Source: a virus (taxonomy: Duplodnaviria; Caudoviricetes). Taken from it: a stretch of DNA of 54,081 nt. Every line of letters starts with the position of its first letter. The stretch's first letter is position 1. Shown here piece after piece: positions 37,047 to 45,626 of the stretch. A program made the translations under genes and the position numbers. The notes under the pieces were generated by a model. The model had not been told where the DNA came from, made no database searches, and was given only the letters and a program-made list of their open reading frames with translations. The DNA lies in IMG/VR virus record IMGVR_UViG_3300023179_000140, positions 1-54,081 of that record; one strand, written 5' to 3'.

Positions 37047-37348
37047 GCGCCGCGCTCCTTGTGGAGGTTGCAGCCGCCGCCGGGGTCAACAATGATCTTC
37101 AATGGCTGGCACTCGCCGGACTCTTCCAAGTACTGACACGTCGAGCACACCTGCTGGCCATCGCGATAGCAAACGGCCTCCGGCGTGATAGTGACGGCTG
37201 CGGCCTCTTCTGACTCGTGCTCTGGCGTCTCGCTCATCTCATCTTCCATCCCGCCCACACGCACATTGTTGTTCAGCGCCGTAATGACGCCGCCAGCTTT
37301 CGGCGGAAGCGCCATGGCCATGCCAAGATTGTTGGGGAATGCACTCAT
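37043..37348 (-). CDS. small protein with a HiPIP-like four-Cys motif
   Basis: YRDGQQVCSTCQY…GECQ…VDPGGGCNLH; ATG 37348 overlaps the upstream stop. Confidence 0.55.
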   Translation of the reverse strand: MSAFPNNLGMAMALPPKAGGVITALNNNVRVGGMEDEMSETPEHESEEAAAVTITPEAVCYRDGQQVCSTCQYLEESGECQPLKIIVDPGGGCNLHKERGA

Positions 37349-37779
37349 GATGTTGGTCCTTCTAGCGGAGGCGTAAAGAAGTCCCACCCGCTGTTGTAAT
37401 ACTCAAATCCTAATGTCGTTCTGGTGTTTGCGGTTGTGCCGACCAGTTGCGCGTTTCTATTGCGAACGGTAGACGGCAGGTTGAACTCCCAACCTCCAGT
37501 ACCGTCTTGCGTGACGTGAAGGAAGAACCGGGTCCCCTCCGGTATGGACAGCCCGCCGTTGATGACGAACTGACTGCTGAAGACATTGCCGGTCAGCGTG
37601 ATGTACTGAGACAGACCATTGGCCAGATCGAACGTCGGACTGGATGAGTATGCGACCGTTGCCACCGCTTCCAAGGGGTCATTGTCAGCAATCCACGTTA
37701 GATCTCGGGTGGCCGGGAATAACCCGAAGCCGACCATATTCCGTTTACTCGATGCTGCCAAGAAGTTTTTGAAGCTCAC
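37345..37779 (-). CDS. fibre-tip-like beta protein
   Basis: FDLANG…ITLTGN…LHVTQDGTGG motif of the kind seen in phage fibre distal domains. Confidence 0.6.
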   Translation of the reverse strand: MSFKNFLAASSKRNMVGFGLFPATRDLTWIADNDPLEAVATVAYSSSPTFDLANGLSQYITLTGNVFSSQFVINGGLSIPEGTRFFLHVTQDGTGGWEFNLPSTVRNRNAQLVGTTANTRTTLGFEYYNSGWDFFTPPLEGPTS

Positions 37780-39665
37780 GTGATGTACACTCCGGCGTTT
37801 GCGCCTCGTCCGATCCGGAACCCTCTAACGGTCTTTTTACCAAGCCTGTCGGCGATGAACGGGCGGGCCTGGAATTTCTGCTCTTCCGTCATACCTGGGT
37901 AGCGGTCAAGTTCCGCGTCAATGCGGTTGGCCAGTGGGGTCTTGATCTGCTGGAATAGGTTGGTCGCCTCGGCGGCGTAGCGGAAGGCGTCTCTAACGTC
38001 GTCGTGTAACTGAACGATGTCTTTGTTGCCGCGTTTTGGAGAAGCGATGTCTTCCAAATCGTTTGGCGAACTTACGGCGCTTTCAATGGCATCCGGCAGG
38101 TACCGCAGCCGGGAGGATATCTGAAGCCTCGGAAGCGCTTCCTGTTTGCCGTCGAACTCTTGCCGGTACTTGAAGAACTCGTGAGCGTCTTTTGCCGCCA
38201 GGTCCATCGCATACTGATGATCGTATTGCGACAAGTCCGGGGCCGCTACCGACTCCCACGACATCAAATTCCGGATGCGATCCCAGCCGTGGTGCCGGCG
38301 GTTTGACGAGCGGCGTAACGGCATTTTCGATTCCGTCCGGATCAGCAAGCGGGCGTCGAAGTCGGTGTTGTCGGTGTCTTCCTTCGAAAGAATTTCGCTG
38401 GAACCGGCACCGAATATCTCCATGATTCCGTCGCGAATATTTTCGGCCGTCGTGCCGAAGCTATCCCGGCGCTGCTCGATTGCGTCCGGGGAGATGAATA
38501 CCGGAATGACGGGGGCCGCGCCGCATGCCTTCAGGCCGGTCATATCGGGAACGCACCACCGGGCTAACACTGCGCCCAATTCCAGCGATCCAAGACCTTT
38601 TTGAACCAACTCATCAATCACCCACACCCGGCCATCTGGAGACATGGCGACTTTCAATGCTGCGAAATAGTGAGAGAAACCCCAGTCAAGGCCGATAAGC
38701 CTCGGCCACCACGGTTGGATCACCACCTTCCCTGCGTCGAATATGTGGCACGCATTTGGCGGTTCGCCGTTACGCGGCTGCCGCCGGAACTCGAAGAACT
38801 TGCCGCCCGCCGCATCCCAGTCACCCTCCAGGTATGCGGCGCGAAGAGATGGGTTGCTGATCGTTGCAAGACGGGCTTGGTATGTCGGATCTTTTTCGAT
38901 AAACGCCGGGTTCCCCGACATCTTCCAGTGATAGTAGACCCGTTCAATGTACGTCCGCTCTTTGGTGAGTGGGTTAATCAGCGGGATCTTGATAACCTCG
39001 CCCGCCTTATACATCTTGCCGTTCTCGTCGTACTGCTTGATAAACCGCTCTTTAACCCACGGCAATCCGGGACCTTCCGGGTTGCAAGCCAGAAGGATCT
39101 GAGCCCGCATTTTCTTGTGCGGCGAGCGGATGGAGGAGAAGACCTTTTCGTACACTTCCATGCTCGGCTCGAACGTGATTTCATCCCAGAACAGTCGGGT
39201 CAGCGATTGTCCAGTGAGGCGCTGATACGACTCGCTGTCAGCCATGTGAGTCAGCGTGATCTTTGCGCCGGACTTCCACGTAAACTCGCGCGGCTGAGTG
39301 GTGTATGTCGCACCCAGTAGGTCACCCTTAGTACCGTACACGCGCTTGGCGTCTTCGATCCAGGAGTTCAAATCGTCGCTGTTTTTACGAACAACTGCGG
39401 CACGGAAAACAGGGTTGTTGACATACAGGATATCAGTTTGATCTTTGAGTTTATCCGGCACGTCAAGGTTGCCACGAACAAGCCAAACGATGCTGGCGGT
39501 CGTTTTCCCGGTACCCTTTTCACCGCTAATTAGCGTTTCGAAATAATACCGATGCTGTAGGTCGGATTGCTGCCCTTCCTGCATGACGATAACCGAATCC
39601 GACTGCTCGCGAATGCGGTCAATCTCGGCTTGGCTCGATACTGTTGCGAATCCGGTTTGAGCCAT
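37776..39665 (-). CDS. terminase large subunit
   Basis: ISGEKGTGKT (Walker A), LFWDE (Walker B), LACNPEG, GLDWGF and HDDVRDAFRY (nuclease). Confidence 0.93.
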   Translation of the reverse strand: MAQTGFATVSSQAEIDRIREQSDSVIVMQEGQQSDLQHRYYFETLISGEKGTGKTTASIVWLVRGNLDVPDKLKDQTDILYVNNPVFRAAVVRKNSDDLNSWIEDAKRVYGTKGDLLGATYTTQPREFTWKSGAKITLTHMADSESYQRLTGQSLTRLFWDEITFEPSMEVYEKVFSSIRSPHKKMRAQILLACNPEGPGLPWVKERFIKQYDENGKMYKAGEVIKIPLINPLTKERTYIERVYYHWKMSGNPAFIEKDPTYQARLATISNPSLRAAYLEGDWDAAGGKFFEFRRQPRNGEPPNACHIFDAGKVVIQPWWPRLIGLDWGFSHYFAALKVAMSPDGRVWVIDELVQKGLGSLELGAVLARWCVPDMTGLKACGAAPVIPVFISPDAIEQRRDSFGTTAENIRDGIMEIFGAGSSEILSKEDTDNTDFDARLLIRTESKMPLRRSSNRRHHGWDRIRNLMSWESVAAPDLSQYDHQYAMDLAAKDAHEFFKYRQEFDGKQEALPRLQISSRLRYLPDAIESAVSSPNDLEDIASPKRGNKDIVQLHDDVRDAFRYAAEATNLFQQIKTPLANRIDAELDRYPGMTEEQKFQARPFIADRLGKKTVRGFRIGRGANAGVYIT

Positions 39666-41476
39666 TACTTACCGATCCACTTGCCAAGTGCCACGTAATA
39701 AATGAAATCCAGCCGCCCGTACTGGGCGATTGACACAGCCGCCGCGATATTGCCAGCGGCGGTAAAGTTAACTGTCCCGGCGTCGGTCTTCACGATGGTG
39801 ATTTGCCGCCCATCCCACACTGGTGTCAGAGATGTCACGTTTGTCGTCCCGGATACCTCGATATTGCGAAGGACTCCCGTAGCACCGGCAGCGCTTAATG
39901 ACGCGCTGGCAATGACTGTGAAAAGGTCATCAACGCCAGAGTTTGCGCTGATAATCACATTCTCCATAGTTGGCGTGGGGTCTTTGAATATCGGGGCCGT
40001 GACGTTACCGCGCACGTCGTTGCCGGTGATATTGTAGCCTCGGAACTTGCCAGTGGCACCCGCAAGGTAAATGCCGACTTGCTGTGTTGCCGCTCCATAG
40101 AACGTGATGTTGTTGCCGATCACATTGCCGGTAATGGTGGTGCGTGCTTCATACGAGCCGGAGCCACCGGAGCCAGTTGCCGGTAGGACAATTCCATACC
40201 CGGTCCCGCCAAGCCCGCAGTTATTGATGTTATTACCGGCAACCGTCACGCTTCTGGGAGCCTTGTCTGTGACCCCCAGCGTAATGCCGCTCCCGTACTG
40301 GCCGGAGATGTTGTTGCCAATAATTGCAACCGATTCAACGTCGTTGCCGAAGTAGATAGCGCTGGCGGTTGCGCTGCCGGATTGAGTCGCAAAGTGGCAG
40401 TTCTCAATCTTGAACTGGCTGAACACTACGTTGTGCGCCCCAGGTGCAACATAGAATCCGTGCGAATAACAGGCATCGAATATCACATTTGATGCGTATA
40501 TGAAGTTCATAATATACGCAGAGTTGTTCTCGATCTCAATGCCGTACGTGCCGTTATAGGCCCCGCCGGTGATGACGATGCCGTCAGCGCGTATGATCTT
40601 TAGGCCCGATCCGCCCGTCGCGGTTGGAGTATCTCGCGATGACCTTGTATTGAGGATATAGGCCGCGTGAGTGTTGAGCGTGATTCCGTGCCCAGTCGTA
40701 TAAACACTGGAGTATGCCCCCTGGATGGAGACATAGACGTTATCGAAGATCACGCCGCTTGAAACGGTACCGGCAACCTGCGGGTCAACCACGATAGGGT
40801 TGACGCCGTTATAGACCGTGATGTCTCGAAGCAGGGCCTCGAACGGCTGATTCACGATCAAATGAATCCCAGCGCCAGATGGGTTATCGAAGCCGTTAGC
40901 GTTGAGCACGCTGAAATTTTTCATTATCAACTGACCGTTGCCTAGGGTCGAGTTGTACAGGATCAAGTCGCCAGATGGGTAGGAAGAGTGACGCCTCACG
41001 CGCGAGGCCGGGTCGCCGCCGCCGGTGATCTGGACCGTTGCGCCCAGCCTGCCGTACAAAGTGCACTTCGCGTAAAACACCAGACCGGCATCCGGAATAA
41101 ACCCGTTCAAGGGAGCCGTCGCGCCGTAAAACCACTCCTGCATCCCATCCGTCGAACTGGTGATTTTCCAATCGCCGGTGTGCGTGTTGACGGTCGTAAA
41201 GGTGAGCGTTCCGCCTAGGTTGCCGGACGTGCAGGTCCCGCCCGTAATCAGCACCGCCTCTGCCGTCCCTACGCCGCCGGAAATGTAGATGTAGTGCTGG
41301 ACATTACTTCCGCTGATACCCAGTGGAGCGCGGCGCAGCGTGATCGTCTTTGCGCCGGCCGTCGCCAGACTGCCGCTGGTGATGTCGGACGATCTCAATG
41401 TGAACTGAAAGCCTTTAATCGACTGGCTTGGCCCTTCGTTTATCAGTTTGTAATTGACGTTAGGCATGGACGGCAA
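39665..41476 (-). CDS. right-handed beta-helix (pectate-lyase-like) tailspike-type protein
   Basis: Repeated I.GN.I / GI.L parallel beta-helix rungs. Confidence 0.75.
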   Translation of the reverse strand: MPSMPNVNYKLINEGPSQSIKGFQFTLRSSDITSGSLATAGAKTITLRRAPLGISGSNVQHYIYISGGVGTAEAVLITGGTCTSGNLGGTLTFTTVNTHTGDWKITSSTDGMQEWFYGATAPLNGFIPDAGLVFYAKCTLYGRLGATVQITGGGDPASRVRRHSSYPSGDLILYNSTLGNGQLIMKNFSVLNANGFDNPSGAGIHLIVNQPFEALLRDITVYNGVNPIVVDPQVAGTVSSGVIFDNVYVSIQGAYSSVYTTGHGITLNTHAAYILNTRSSRDTPTATGGSGLKIIRADGIVITGGAYNGTYGIEIENNSAYIMNFIYASNVIFDACYSHGFYVAPGAHNVVFSQFKIENCHFATQSGSATASAIYFGNDVESVAIIGNNISGQYGSGITLGVTDKAPRSVTVAGNNINNCGLGGTGYGIVLPATGSGGSGSYEARTTITGNVIGNNITFYGAATQQVGIYLAGATGKFRGYNITGNDVRGNVTAPIFKDPTPTMENVIISANSGVDDLFTVIASASLSAAGATGVLRNIEVSGTTNVTSLTPVWDGRQITIVKTDAGTVNFTAAGNIAAAVSIAQYGRLDFIYYVALGKWIGK

Positions 41477-41846
41477 CTACCCCTATGCGGACGTGGTTTT
41501 CGGCAAAGGCGCTACACCTGGCTGTGTGGTGAAAGAACGTTGATGCCCCTACCTGCGTCCACGTGCGTGACCCTTGTGCCTTGGCTTGTAATGCCTTCGA
41601 AGAGTTGCGCCGCAGGTAGACCTCAATCGTCTTGATCGGCACCTGCAAGGTTACGTGACGCAGGAAGACCTCCCGCTCGCCGTTCTCCATGCGCTTCCCC
41701 AGTCGCCCAAGTCCTTCCACCCACCCCTTTGCCGCGAACATGGCCGTCTGTTGGGCGTCAAGGCGCAAAAGCATTGCGCCGTTCTGGTCCCGGCACGGGA
41801 TACCATCTCTCAGGTGGAGCTTGATGTCTTGGGGTAGTATTTGCAA
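41460..41846 (-). CDS. hypothetical protein, first gene of the late block
   Basis: In-frame TTG at 41846 just after a terminator; overlaps the next gene. Confidence 0.5.
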   Translation of the reverse strand: MQILPQDIKLHLRDGIPCRDQNGAMLLRLDAQQTAMFAAKGWVEGLGRLGKRMENGEREVFLRHVTLQVPIKTIEVYLRRNSSKALQAKAQGSRTWTQVGASTFFHHTARCSAFAENHVRIGVVAVHA

Positions 41847-41855
41847 GTTGGCACC

Positions 41856-41904
41856 AAAAAAAAAGACAGGCCACCGACGCCCGGATAAGGGGTCAATGGC
41901 CTGT
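41856..41904 (-). terminator. Rho-independent terminator between the small-gene block and the late genes
   Basis: ACAGGCCATTGAC…GTCGGTGGCCTGT 13-bp stem (G-U pairs) followed by C and T9. Confidence 0.75.
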
Positions 41905-41963
41905 TCTGCACGACGCATGGTGAGGCGGACCTTGGAGGAGATGACTACCTCTACATAGTGCGA

Positions 41964-42152
41964 TTATTTTTTGGTGATGTCAAATGGTGGTGGAACATCG
42001 CACGTATCGTAGCACTCCACCCCGTCAACGATCGTCAGATGGCAGCCTCTCATCTGGCTGCGCTGCGCAGCGGTGATGGTGTGGGCGGGGGTGTAGTGGG
42101 GTAGGTGGCTGCCCGCCAGTAACTTGCCTTGGTCCGTCTCATTAGACATCAT
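41964..42152 (-). CDS. hypothetical protein
   Basis: Overlaps the upstream ORF; ends before the terminator. Confidence 0.5.
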   Translation of the reverse strand: MMSNETDQGKLLAGSHLPHYTPAHTITAAQRSQMRGCHLTIVDGVECYDTCDVPPPFDITKK

Positions 42153-42324
42153 CGGGCTCCACTATCCAGGTTATCGACGCCCCGGCATACAGCCGGTTGC
42201 TTGAAAGTGCGTCGCCTGGGTTGGCGAACGTCAAGTTTGTTGCGATGCGCTCTTGCTGCATCACCGGCTTTGCCACCGCGAAGCCGGTTAAGGCGGTCAG
42301 GAAGGCGCGGCGGTTCACCACCAT
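42142..42324 (-). CDS. small protein with a twin-arginine-like N-terminus
   Basis: NRRAFLTALTGFAVA. Confidence 0.55.
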   Translation of the reverse strand: MVVNRRAFLTALTGFAVAKPVMQQERIATNLTFANPGDALSSNRLYAGASITWIVEPDDV

Positions 42325-42665
42325 ACCACGCTCCTGTGACTTCCACGCTGAGCGAAGCAGTTGGGTGCCTTGCTGTACTCTTTTGCCTTCGCTACGTTCT
42401 CCCTAGCCCATCCCATCCATTCATCCGCCTTTTCTTTTTCTTCTATCGGCAGTTCGCTCGATAGCCCGCATAGATGCCGGATCATCCGCTTAGACCTTTC
42501 AGAGTATCCGGGATCGCCCAACACTAGGCTATCTAACAGTTTCATATCGTCTCTGGTGTACTGCTTTTGCGCCATCGTTTCACAGACAAGCCAGACGATC
42601 CCGTACTCGTCGGCGTCAAGGTTGAGGTCGTTGGGGTCTGGGGTGAATGGGTCGTGGGCTACCAT
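42315..42665 (-). CDS. hypothetical protein
   Basis: GAGGTG upstream; overlap coupling. Confidence 0.55.
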   Translation of the reverse strand: MVAHDPFTPDPNDLNLDADEYGIVWLVCETMAQKQYTRDDMKLLDSLVLGDPGYSERSKRMIRHLCGLSSELPIEEKEKADEWMGWARENVAKAKEYSKAPNCFAQRGSHRSVVWW

Positions 42666-43036
42666 ACAACAAGCACCTCTTTTTCCGGGTATGAGCACTT
42701 GATTCCAATGACGCTACCAACCTCCGGTATCTCCCGTGCTGCCGACAACGCCGTGTACAGATCTTTGGCGGCTATGTAGGCGGTTTTTACGGCACCGGAC
42801 ATGTCCTGGCTTGTCGTGAACTCGACCGTAAATAGTGCTTTGGTGTTAATTTCTTTTTTCTGTTTTTGATTGCTGCGAAGTGCGGCTACAATTCCCTTAC
42901 ACTCACCATCCGTTGTGTACTCAACCATACTTGACGGCGACCACTGCCCGCCATGAACCCTGGTGGATCCACATTCGCATCGTTCGATATCAGGGTGAGG
43001 CAGAATAGTTTTTTGTGGTTTGTGGACGTGGCTCAT
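42659..43036 (-). CDS. hypothetical protein
   Basis: ATGA coupling; H-x-H…CECG. Confidence 0.55.
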   Translation of the reverse strand: MSHVHKPQKTILPHPDIERCECGSTRVHGGQWSPSSMVEYTTDGECKGIVAALRSNQKQKKEINTKALFTVEFTTSQDMSGAVKTAYIAAKDLYTALSAAREIPEVGSVIGIKCSYPEKEVLVVW

Positions 43037-43341
43037 CGCTTGCCCCCGCCCCACATATCTGAAACCGCCCACGGGCCTGGGTCGAGGCGGCGGTCACCCA
43101 CGCTAAACTCGCACCCCTCAATCGCCACCCCGTTGCCTTGCACGTATTGATCCGCCAACCAACCATACTGCGTTGGGTTGCTGGTAGTTGCGGTATGTCC
43201 GCCACAAAGCGGGCAAAGCCCATCTCGACCCAAGTATGGCAAGTTGATATCCCAGCCGGTTCCGCTCACTATAGCGCGTGCGGTCAATGCGCAGTCTTGG
43301 CAGAGAGGGATAAAGCCGGTGTCTAGCAAAGCGGCAGTCAT
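43033..43341 (-). CDS. Zn-ribbon hypothetical protein
   Basis: CQDC…CPLC; ATGA coupling. Confidence 0.55.
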   Translation of the reverse strand: MTAALLDTGFIPLCQDCALTARAIVSGTGWDINLPYLGRDGLCPLCGGHTATTSNPTQYGWLADQYVQGNGVAIEGCEFSVGDRRLDPGPWAVSDMWGGGKR

Positions 43342-43553
43342 ACCGCCGGCTCCCCGCCACCATACCCAACGCCCGCAGTCGTGTCCAGAACGCTACCGTG
43401 GACGACAACCGAATCCTCTACGGAGCACCCTGGGGGTAGGATTAGGTAAATGTCGCGAAACTCGCAGTCTTTGAAATGCGTGTCCGGCTGCGCGATCATG
43501 ATGCCATACGGCACATTGTCGCGGTTGAATGTCTGCCCTGTAATCGTCGTCAT
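43338..43553 (-). CDS. hypothetical protein
   Basis: ATGA coupling at both ends. Confidence 0.5.
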   Translation of the reverse strand: MTTITGQTFNRDNVPYGIMIAQPDTHFKDCEFRDIYLILPPGCSVEDSVVVHGSVLDTTAGVGYGGGEPAV

Positions 43554-43837
43554 ACCGTATCCCAATTTCCAATCTTCGGTTCGATCTCTTGCCGACAGCA
43601 CGCGCACGGGCCGGTGTTCTTCGCGCCAGTCACTTGGCAGTAGGGCGGATAGATGAAGGTTTGCGGCGCGAGCGATGCGTCCAGTTTCACCCCGGAGATG
43701 TCGCAGTGCATCTCCTCATGCCACTTCAAATGCACCTCCATATCCTCCTTACTCAGAATCACCGCCGCGCACGTGTCGCAGCGGTACACGTAGGGCCTAT
43801 GGCCCCAGCCGTCTTGTTGGAGGTGGTGGATGTCCAT
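43550..43837 (-). CDS. C2H2-like Zn-finger protein
   Basis: YRCDTC…HLKWH. Confidence 0.6.
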   Translation of the reverse strand: MDIHHLQQDGWGHRPYVYRCDTCAAVILSKEDMEVHLKWHEEMHCDISGVKLDASLAPQTFIYPPYCQVTGAKNTGPCACCRQEIEPKIGNWDTV

Positions 43838-44172
43838 TATTGCCCCCTCAGCGCCGTCAGCCGCGCCACTTCTTTTTCGGCCTCTTCGCGCTGCATCTCT
43901 TTTGACTTCAGTTCTTCGGCCTTTCGCTTCGCGGCTATGAGTTGTGCCTCCAGGTTCTCGCGATAGGCGTGCTGGGCTCTGCGAATCTGTGTGGCCCTCG
44001 CCTCAATCATTGACTTTGGCACGTCGAATCCAAGAAGCTCGTACTGGCTGATGACCGCGTTCAGGGTGCAGAGTTCCTCAACGATATCACGGAGGTGAGA
44101 TTTGCCGTACATTACATCCGCCTCCCACGCTCGGCGCATTTGAATCTGTGTGAGTTCGCTATCTGTGACCAT
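43837..44172 (-). CDS. coiled-coil hypothetical protein (MVTDSELTQ…)
   Basis: Start set at ATG 44172, divergent from 44198. Confidence 0.6.
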   Translation of the reverse strand: MVTDSELTQIQMRRAWEADVMYGKSHLRDIVEELCTLNAVISQYELLGFDVPKSMIEARATQIRRAQHAYRENLEAQLIAAKRKAEELKSKEMQREEAEKEVARLTALRGQ

Positions 44173-44199
44173 GCCCAATTGTTGTACAATTAAAGGCAT
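44171..44199. promoter_or_regulatory. divergent, probably leaderless promoter/operator
   Basis: 25 nt between divergent ATGs; AATTGT-TGT-ACAATT palindrome; TACAAT 7 nt before ATG 44198. Confidence 0.55.
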
Positions 44200-44323
44200 G
44201 AACGCAAGCACAAAAAAGCCCGGACCAATCCCAAAGCAATACGAATGCGGGGCCTGCGGCGCGATTCTCACCGCTCGCGAGTGGCAGCGGCACCCGCCGC
44301 GATGTGCTGGAGGTAAGAAATGA
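44198..44323 (+). CDS. 41-aa C2HC Zn-finger peptide (MNASTKKPGPIPKQYECGACGAILTAREWQRHPPRCAGGKK)
   Basis: Not in the ORF track; ATGA overlap with 44320; similar to the N-terminus of 47990. Confidence 0.65.
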   Translation: MNASTKKPGPIPKQYECGACGAILTAREWQRHPPRCAGGKK

Positions 44324-44703
44324 GCATTAAACACGGCGACCAATGGACACTTGGACATTTGATTTACGCGCTAAAGAGCTTTGATGGGGCGCGGAAAATT
44401 CGATTTGATTTTGCCGCCATGGTACCGGGGGCAATATCGTCGTATCGAGGGTACTACGAGGATCTTGCCGTTGAACCGCAGTTTTGCAGTAAAGGGGTTG
44501 CCACGTCTGATTTTATTGAACGGCTCACACTTCAAGTCGGGTCAGTCGAAATCGGCTACAAGGGGGGCGAATATCGAAGCTCTTTGAATACCGCCCTATG
44601 GGTGGCGAGGCACAGCGAGTCTACTGGAACCTACATTACTGGGGTGGACGACCTGCATGGCGGCCCAGTCATTACAACAAGGACGGAACTGGATTGGTTA
44701 TGA
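44320..44703 (+). CDS. conserved-type hypothetical phage protein (SYRGYYEDLA…GYKGG)
   Basis: GGAGGT RBS; recognisable phage motif. Confidence 0.7.
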   Translation: MSIKHGDQWTLGHLIYALKSFDGARKIRFDFAAMVPGAISSYRGYYEDLAVEPQFCSKGVATSDFIERLTLQVGSVEIGYKGGEYRSSLNTALWVARHSESTGTYITGVDDLHGGPVITTRTELDWL

Positions 44704-45119
44704 TTTGGACGCGAGAGCACGATAGGGTTTTGGCAGAACTAGAAGGGATCAAGGTGATCCTCGGCGAAAATATACCGCCGGGGACTAACGACCCGCACGC
44801 CGACTGGGAATGGGGCGCGGATTATCCAGATCGCGGCGAACTCTACTATTTATTTGTGAAGGATGGGCTGACGTACTGGCGACTAATCGACAACTACAAC
44901 ATGGAGATCGCCGACGCCATTCGCGCGGCGGAGGCGTGGGTGGGGCAAGATCCGGAGAATAGGTTTTATGATATTGAACGTCGCTTGCGCGAGAGCAGCG
45001 ATAAGAAGTTCACTGTGACGCTGGGCGAAGTCAACTTTGATGACGCAACTCGCTGGGTCGGGAAATCCGATGATCTGGCCGAGGCCATCGCCGCCGCTCT
45101 CTACGAGGCCGTGCAATGA
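44700..45119 (+). CDS. phage ABA-sandwich-like protein
   Basis: DRVLAELEG…YNMEIADA…LAEAIAAAL; ATGA coupling. Confidence 0.55.
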   Translation: MIWTREHDRVLAELEGIKVILGENIPPGTNDPHADWEWGADYPDRGELYYLFVKDGLTYWRLIDNYNMEIADAIRAAEAWVGQDPENRFYDIERRLRESSDKKFTVTLGEVNFDDATRWVGKSDDLAEAIAAALYEAVQ

Positions 45120-45478
45120 AAGCCTCTGACATCAGCGACGAAAGCGTCTATCAGTTAATGAAGCGGGCAATTCAGTACAACCAGAAAAGGTGTGGTGTTG
45201 GATGTGTATTTGCTAATCCACTTCAACTCACACCGCCGGGCGGACGGATTCCTCCAAAGGTATTTGCCGCTAAAATTCGGAGAATGGTTAAAAAGGGAAG
45301 GCTTAGGCTTGCCCCTGCCGGACTAACATTTGAGTTTTGGGAGGACTTCAATGTTCTCGGGGACTGCTTAATGCTGCCAGAGAAAGAAATGCAGGTGGTT
45401 GACGTTGAAGTCACCGCCGATGAACTATTGGCGATCATGGGAGGTCGGTATGTCCCGCTGGCGAACGAACGGCACTAA
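45116..45478 (+). CDS. hypothetical protein (winged-helix-like)
   Basis: MKASDISDE…PPKVFAAKIRRMVKKG. Confidence 0.6.
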   Translation: MKASDISDESVYQLMKRAIQYNQKRCGVGCVFANPLQLTPPGGRIPPKVFAAKIRRMVKKGRLRLAPAGLTFEFWEDFNVLGDCLMLPEKEMQVVDVEVTADELLAIMGGRYVPLANERH

Positions 45479-45626
45479 AATCTGCAAACAGTGCAAGTAT
45501 AAAGGGCCTATGGAGGAGTTCTCGCGCTTCAACCCGCATCTCTGCTGGGCTTGCTGTGACCAGCCGTTCACCGGCACGCCGTCCACGAACCCGGTTCATT
45601 TGCCGGGGTGGATGTGGGAGAAGTGA
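45450..45626 (+). CDS. small Zn-finger protein
   Basis: KICKQC…EF…CWAC; GGAGGT RBS. Confidence 0.55.
   Translation: MSRWRTNGTKICKQCKYKGPMEEFSRFNPHLCWACCDQPFTGTPSTNPVHLPGWMWEK

Noticed and set aside
38601-39320. 239-aa + strand ORF
   Set aside because: Antisense to the large terminase, which has clear motifs
37776-39665. Intein or intron in the terminase, helicase or primase
   Set aside because: No intein splice-junction or homing-endonuclease motifs; frames are continuous and of normal length
41847-41918. N-terminal extension of the ORF and T9 as a slippage or phase-variation tract
   Set aside because: The T run follows a strong hairpin and is better explained as a terminator
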